NCBI GenBank assembly: GCA_041739995.1
Contig: JBGSMV010000061.1
Location: 42,102 to 106,101 of the forward strand
Reading direction: 5' to 3'
DNA: 64,000 nucleotides
Source of the DNA: Bdellovibrionota bacterium
GTDB taxonomy: Bacteria > Bdellovibrionota_C > UBA2361 > JBGSMV01
Each line of letters opens with the position of its first letter. The stretch's first letter is position 1. The notes under the pieces are model-generated. The model was given only the letters and a program-made list of their open reading frames with translations. It had not been told where the DNA came from and did no database searches. Below are positions 60,129 to 64,000 of the stretch, one piece after another. The position numbers and the translations under genes were made by a program.

Positions 60129-62273
60129 TCAACCTCCAACTACAACCTTAAATTTGAGATTTTCAATTGCTGGGTCATTGGTTGGGATCACCACAATAAA
60201 CTTTCGCGCCGTTAGACTTGACACGTGAAACACTAAGTCTGCCTCTTGGCCAGACGCCAGTATCTGCGGGTAAGGTTTGACGGTGATGCCTTCTGATAGG
60301 TTCAAGGTTCCAAATTCGAGCACACCCGGACCTGAGTTAGAGACCCGAATAGTGAACTGGGTGGGTTCCGCCGGTGTTGAAGCGTTGGGGACCCACACTG
60401 TGTTCGCTCTTGGTTCGTTGTGGAGTTTGAAGGGCAGCGGGGGATTCTCTCGCGGTATCGGTCTACTAATGTGGGTCACTAGAAACCGTGAGGAGGGTTT
60501 CAGTGCGCAAATAGGGGTAACGCGCGCCACCCCAGAACAGAGCCCGGGTTGATTAAGCTCAACAGCCTGGAGGGCTTTTGCGAATCGATAACAAGTCTGA
60601 GAGTTCGCACCGTACAAATCATTGCATGCGTTTACCTGACAGTTGTACGCATTGAGAAAGGTTGGGGTGGTCGGATAGCACGCGGTAACGGCTCGGTAGA
60701 GAATGCGCTCAACAGCGGCCTCACCGATACCTGCAATAGTGCATCCGTTAAAGCTACCGCCCCGTGATGCAAGATAAGCTCCGTAGCTAGGGACCGCAGC
60801 GTTATTGTAGCGAGCGGTGGGATCTGTTCCGCAAACGAAGTTCGGAGAATAGTAACGGTTAGGATAATGCGGCCCGCTTGGGCCATAGCGCGAGGTCGTG
60901 GGATTGCCCAGATTAATAATATAATCGCTGCCTGGAACTCCGCCGATCCAATCCGCGCTGGCGTTGCGATACCTCTCAAACATCTCCCCAAATACGTAGG
61001 CTTGACTCTCATCGAGAGAGGCGGAGATTCCGGAATACGTTTGACCATTCGGGGGATGAGCAAAGTAAGTAAACGAGTGGGCGTATTCGTGGCCAGTCAC
61101 ATGGGGCACAAGGGCGCCCCGACAAAAATTGAGTCGACCCCGAGAGAAAGAGGCGGAGAGGCAGTTTGGTCCCCACGAAGGGTTGGCGTCCGAATAGACG
61201 TATGCTGTCGACCATTGTGGATTGCCTAGGATAGGGTCGAGTGTCCCGTTCTGATTGTTCCCACCATTTCGTCCGTACTGATCGAAGACCCAATTGTGAA
61301 GAGGTACGAACTCGTCGTACATCACGTCGACATCGAACGCCTGATAATACGGATTTATTCCCCAGGAGCCCGGGTCTGGTTCATACCGACCGTAGTGGTA
61401 TCCGTTTCGAGTCAGATTCCAGTAACAAGCCCCGAGTCCATAAACATACGGGGTGCAATCGTAGATCAATCGATTGAGTGGGCCCGCTCCGTGGGTGGTG
61501 CTGATGCGGTGGCGTAGCTCTCCTTTGTGCGCATCGATGTAATAAATGAAACCGCCGGTTGGATGAGCGTCCATCTCGATCTCATACGCTAAAAATGTGT
61601 GGTGATCCGAGGAGGGTGCTCCGTCGAGGAATGAGGGTGACACAAGGACGAGTTCGTTCCCCTGTACTTCGCCGGGCATAACCTCTGATTCAGCCCAGAG
61701 CTTGGAGGCCACTTGCTGGGCATCATTGGCGGATATCGAGGGATTGAGCTCTGGTACATTCCTAAGTTTGATTGCGCTGCCGTGCGCACGCTTTACCAAA
61801 CCGTTTTGCGCTAAATCTACAACGATTTGAGATCCCACGACTCGGATGCTGTTGTACACCTGGCCCATTCTAACTCGCTGTCCGTGCCGATCACTCTCTA
61901 CTCGCTGAGTAAGAAGCTCTGATGCGGGGTCATTGACCCAGGCACGCCCGAAAGAGCGCAGAAAGTTTTGAGCGACGCCGACTGGATCGGTCGCCGCATC
62001 CGCAAGTCGAACTGAACCGGGGCGCGATGAGCTGCGGGCTGCTCGGGGTGGATTCTTAGCGTTAACATCTATCTGCGAGACTTTGCCAAAAGCATCTAAG
62101 TGAAACTTGACACGCCCACTATCAATTATCTTGGCAACTTGAATTTCCTCGTCTTGGATATCGGCTGGCTGAACCTGCTGAGCAAACGCATCTGATGTGG
62201 AGAGCACAGCAAAGAGCACTGCAATGAGAAATGAGTGCCTGAGAATCCTTCGGACAACTTTGGTGGCGAACAT
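60129..62273 (-). CDS. Secreted M4 (thermolysin-like) metallopeptidase with FTP/PepSY propeptide
   Basis: Q.YN.I.V.G, YYIDAH.G, VTGHEYAH, SASLDES, GIG....ERI.YRA. Confidence 0.85.
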   Translation of the reverse strand: MFATKVVRRILRHSFLIAVLFAVLSTSDAFAQQVQPADIQDEEIQVAKIIDSGRVKFHLDAFGKVSQIDVNAKNPPRAARSSSRPGSVRLADAATDPVGVAQNFLRSFGRAWVNDPASELLTQRVESDRHGQRVRMGQVYNSIRVVGSQIVVDLAQNGLVKRAHGSAIKLRNVPELNPSISANDAQQVASKLWAESEVMPGEVQGNELVLVSPSFLDGAPSSDHHTFLAYEIEMDAHPTGGFIYYIDAHKGELRHRISTTHGAGPLNRLIYDCTPYVYGLGACYWNLTRNGYHYGRYEPDPGSWGINPYYQAFDVDVMYDEFVPLHNWVFDQYGRNGGNNQNGTLDPILGNPQWSTAYVYSDANPSWGPNCLSASFSRGRLNFCRGALVPHVTGHEYAHSFTYFAHPPNGQTYSGISASLDESQAYVFGEMFERYRNASADWIGGVPGSDYIINLGNPTTSRYGPSGPHYPNRYYSPNFVCGTDPTARYNNAAVPSYGAYLASRGGSFNGCTIAGIGEAAVERILYRAVTACYPTTPTFLNAYNCQVNACNDLYGANSQTCYRFAKALQAVELNQPGLCSGVARVTPICALKPSSRFLVTHISRPIPRENPPLPFKLHNEPRANTVWVPNASTPAEPTQFTIRVSNSGPGVLEFGTLNLSEGITVKPYPQILASGQEADLVFHVSSLTARKFIVVIPTNDPAIENLKFKVVVGG

Positions 62274-62733
62274 ACGCTTGTATCCCCTACATCTAACGAG
62301 CCCGCGCACTCTAGCAGAGCGGGCGAACCCATTCACCAAGTCCTATAGAGGATTTTGAATCGAACACGTAACGTCTATAGAGAGTAGGAAAGGGAATGTA
62401 ACCTATTGGCATTACGGGAGTAGTTCCGCTGAGAGGGGTCGTGTGGCCTGCGGTGCCGTGCAGCAGGGCCTCGTAGTGACTGTTTTCAGTTGTTGAGGCG
62501 CAGGTCTCCGAGCGCTGGGCGCTCCAAGTTTCCTTTGAGACCGTGGGGCTTGCAGAACATGAAGTAGCCCCCTGATAACCTCATCCGCTCTGCCTCTACA
62601 GCACCGCTGCTCCTCTCAAGTTGCATGGCGCTTTTAATGCAAGAAGCGGCTTGCCGGAGGTGCCTCCTGCAAGCCGCTCCCTTGATGTCTCTCCACCGAT
62701 CCCCACGACCAGAACCTATGGTTCAGGTGTTGG

Positions 62734-62785
62734 GAATTGATCTTCCCCCATAAAAGTGGACACTTTTATGGGGGAAGATCAATTC
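62734..62785. repeat. Perfect inverted repeat with 25-bp arms and a 2-nt spacer
   Basis: GAATTGATCTTCCCCCATAAAAGTG-GA-CACTTTTATGGGGGAAGATCAATTC. Confidence 0.9.
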
Positions 62786-62979
62786 ACTCAGAGAAACCGA
62801 CCTCAGTTGGGCCGGGTGACCTCTGGGCATAAAACCACTCATCTTACATCACCTCGAAACTTCTCTTGCGCATATCTCCCTGCAGTGCCCGGCATGAGCT
62901 AAGTTTTGATTCGAGCGTCGGAGTTCAAGGTAGTGTAAAGAGAGACCACAAAATCAAAAAAAGGGGGGGTGCATCGTAT

Positions 62980-63705
62980 ATGTTCGAAGAATTTCTGAGA
63001 AGAGCACGGAACCTGTTTAACCCCGCCACTGCGAAAGACCCGTCCGCTGGAACAGATCCATTGAACGCACTAGCCGTACCCGCCACGCCGACGGAAACGC
63101 CTCACGGGGCCACAGAAAGTGCCCGAGATCGAACGCACAGGCTCTACAAGAGTTACGATAGCCTACCGCGCTTTTCTAGCGGCAGCGTTGAAGTGCTCCC
63201 TGATGGACGAGCCGTAGCACTGGTGCAAACACCTTGGTCGGAGTACTGCGCAATTGAGCTGAGCGAGTCGCCGCGACTTCTCTTTTGTTTGAGCTGCAAA
63301 GCTCCCAGTGACAATCATGAGCACTTAACGAACGCAGAGCTCCTTCTCGAGGACTTTCTCAAAGACATGGCATGTCGCGATCAAGCTCCGTCGGAAACTC
63401 GTCTTCAACATCATTCGGCCCGATCCACGACACCCCACTCACACCAAGCGCCATTGGAGAGGCATCAGCCGGCTCAAAAAGTTTACGACGCCTATGACCA
63501 CTTCCTTTCGCCACAAACCGCCAAGGCACGCTCACTCATCGAGGGGGGAGGTCTCATTGTAGCAAAAGCTCCCAGTGGAGAGATTTATGGATTTAATCCG
63601 AACTCCATGTCACACGACTTCACGCTCTTTCCAGACCCAGCCAAAACCTCGCAAAAGTCATTGAATACGGCGAATTATCTATTTGGTGGGCTGCCCGTCT
63701 ACTAA
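62980..63705 (+). CDS. Hypothetical protein
   Basis: 241-aa ORF with a G-rich RBS; weak two-fold internal similarity. Confidence 0.55.
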   Translation: MFEEFLRRARNLFNPATAKDPSAGTDPLNALAVPATPTETPHGATESARDRTHRLYKSYDSLPRFSSGSVEVLPDGRAVALVQTPWSEYCAIELSESPRLLFCLSCKAPSDNHEHLTNAELLLEDFLKDMACRDQAPSETRLQHHSARSTTPHSHQAPLERHQPAQKVYDAYDHFLSPQTAKARSLIEGGGLIVAKAPSGEIYGFNPNSMSHDFTLFPDPAKTSQKSLNTANYLFGGLPVY

Positions 63706-63859
63706 CCGATAGCTTCTCGGTACCCCTACACCCGTTGTATGTAGAGCGATTCAGCGCGTCGTTAAAAAGCCTCAATTCGAGGGAAATGTCTAACCGGTCC
63801 AAAGATTTCGCACGAACTTATACCGGACCATCGAATGCCTCTTCAAAAAGGCGCTCAAC

Positions 63860-64000
63860 AAGGAATTTACCTGTATCCAAGGTCGAGTAAAGCGATGGAA
63901 CGTATCTAGTTCCGCAGCAATGGTTCCATTGATTTCTCACAGGCAAGTACCATTCTATCGACACGTAGTGGCTAAGAGAACGTGAATTGGGACCATCCAT
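63860..64000 (-). repeat. Structured repeat A, copy 2 (cut by the window edge)
   Basis: Direct repeat of 39739-39879. Confidence 0.8.

Overview
Bacterial chromosome segment; the gene set looks deltaproteobacterium/Bdellovibrionota-like, which is inference only. About 1-39.6 kb is core housekeeping: nagZ, panB-panD, smpB-ssrA (tmRNA), mscL, galE, tdh-kbl, tatA, rlmB, scpA-scpB-rluB, tRNA-fMet, tRNA-Leu, leucine dehydrogenase, uvrB-uvrC, a thiolase, OmpA, and an unlisted small gene for ribosomal protein Thx. About 39.7-64 kb is an accessory, partly decayed region with secreted proteins, pseudogenes, IS91/ISCR-like transposase fragments and five ori-like ends, including two pairs of ~95% identical direct repeats. 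The standout signal is at 58.4-58.6 kb (- strand): a promoter, a leaderless His-rich leader peptide (MSRTPHQHHHLSHQS) and mutually exclusive pause/antiterminator/terminator helices. This apparent histidine-sensing attenuator precedes a SAM-dependent methyltransferase and a sarcosine-oxidase-family flavoenzyme rather than his biosynthesis genes, and the module lies between two 183-bp repeats. All calls were made by eye from motifs; no database searches were run.
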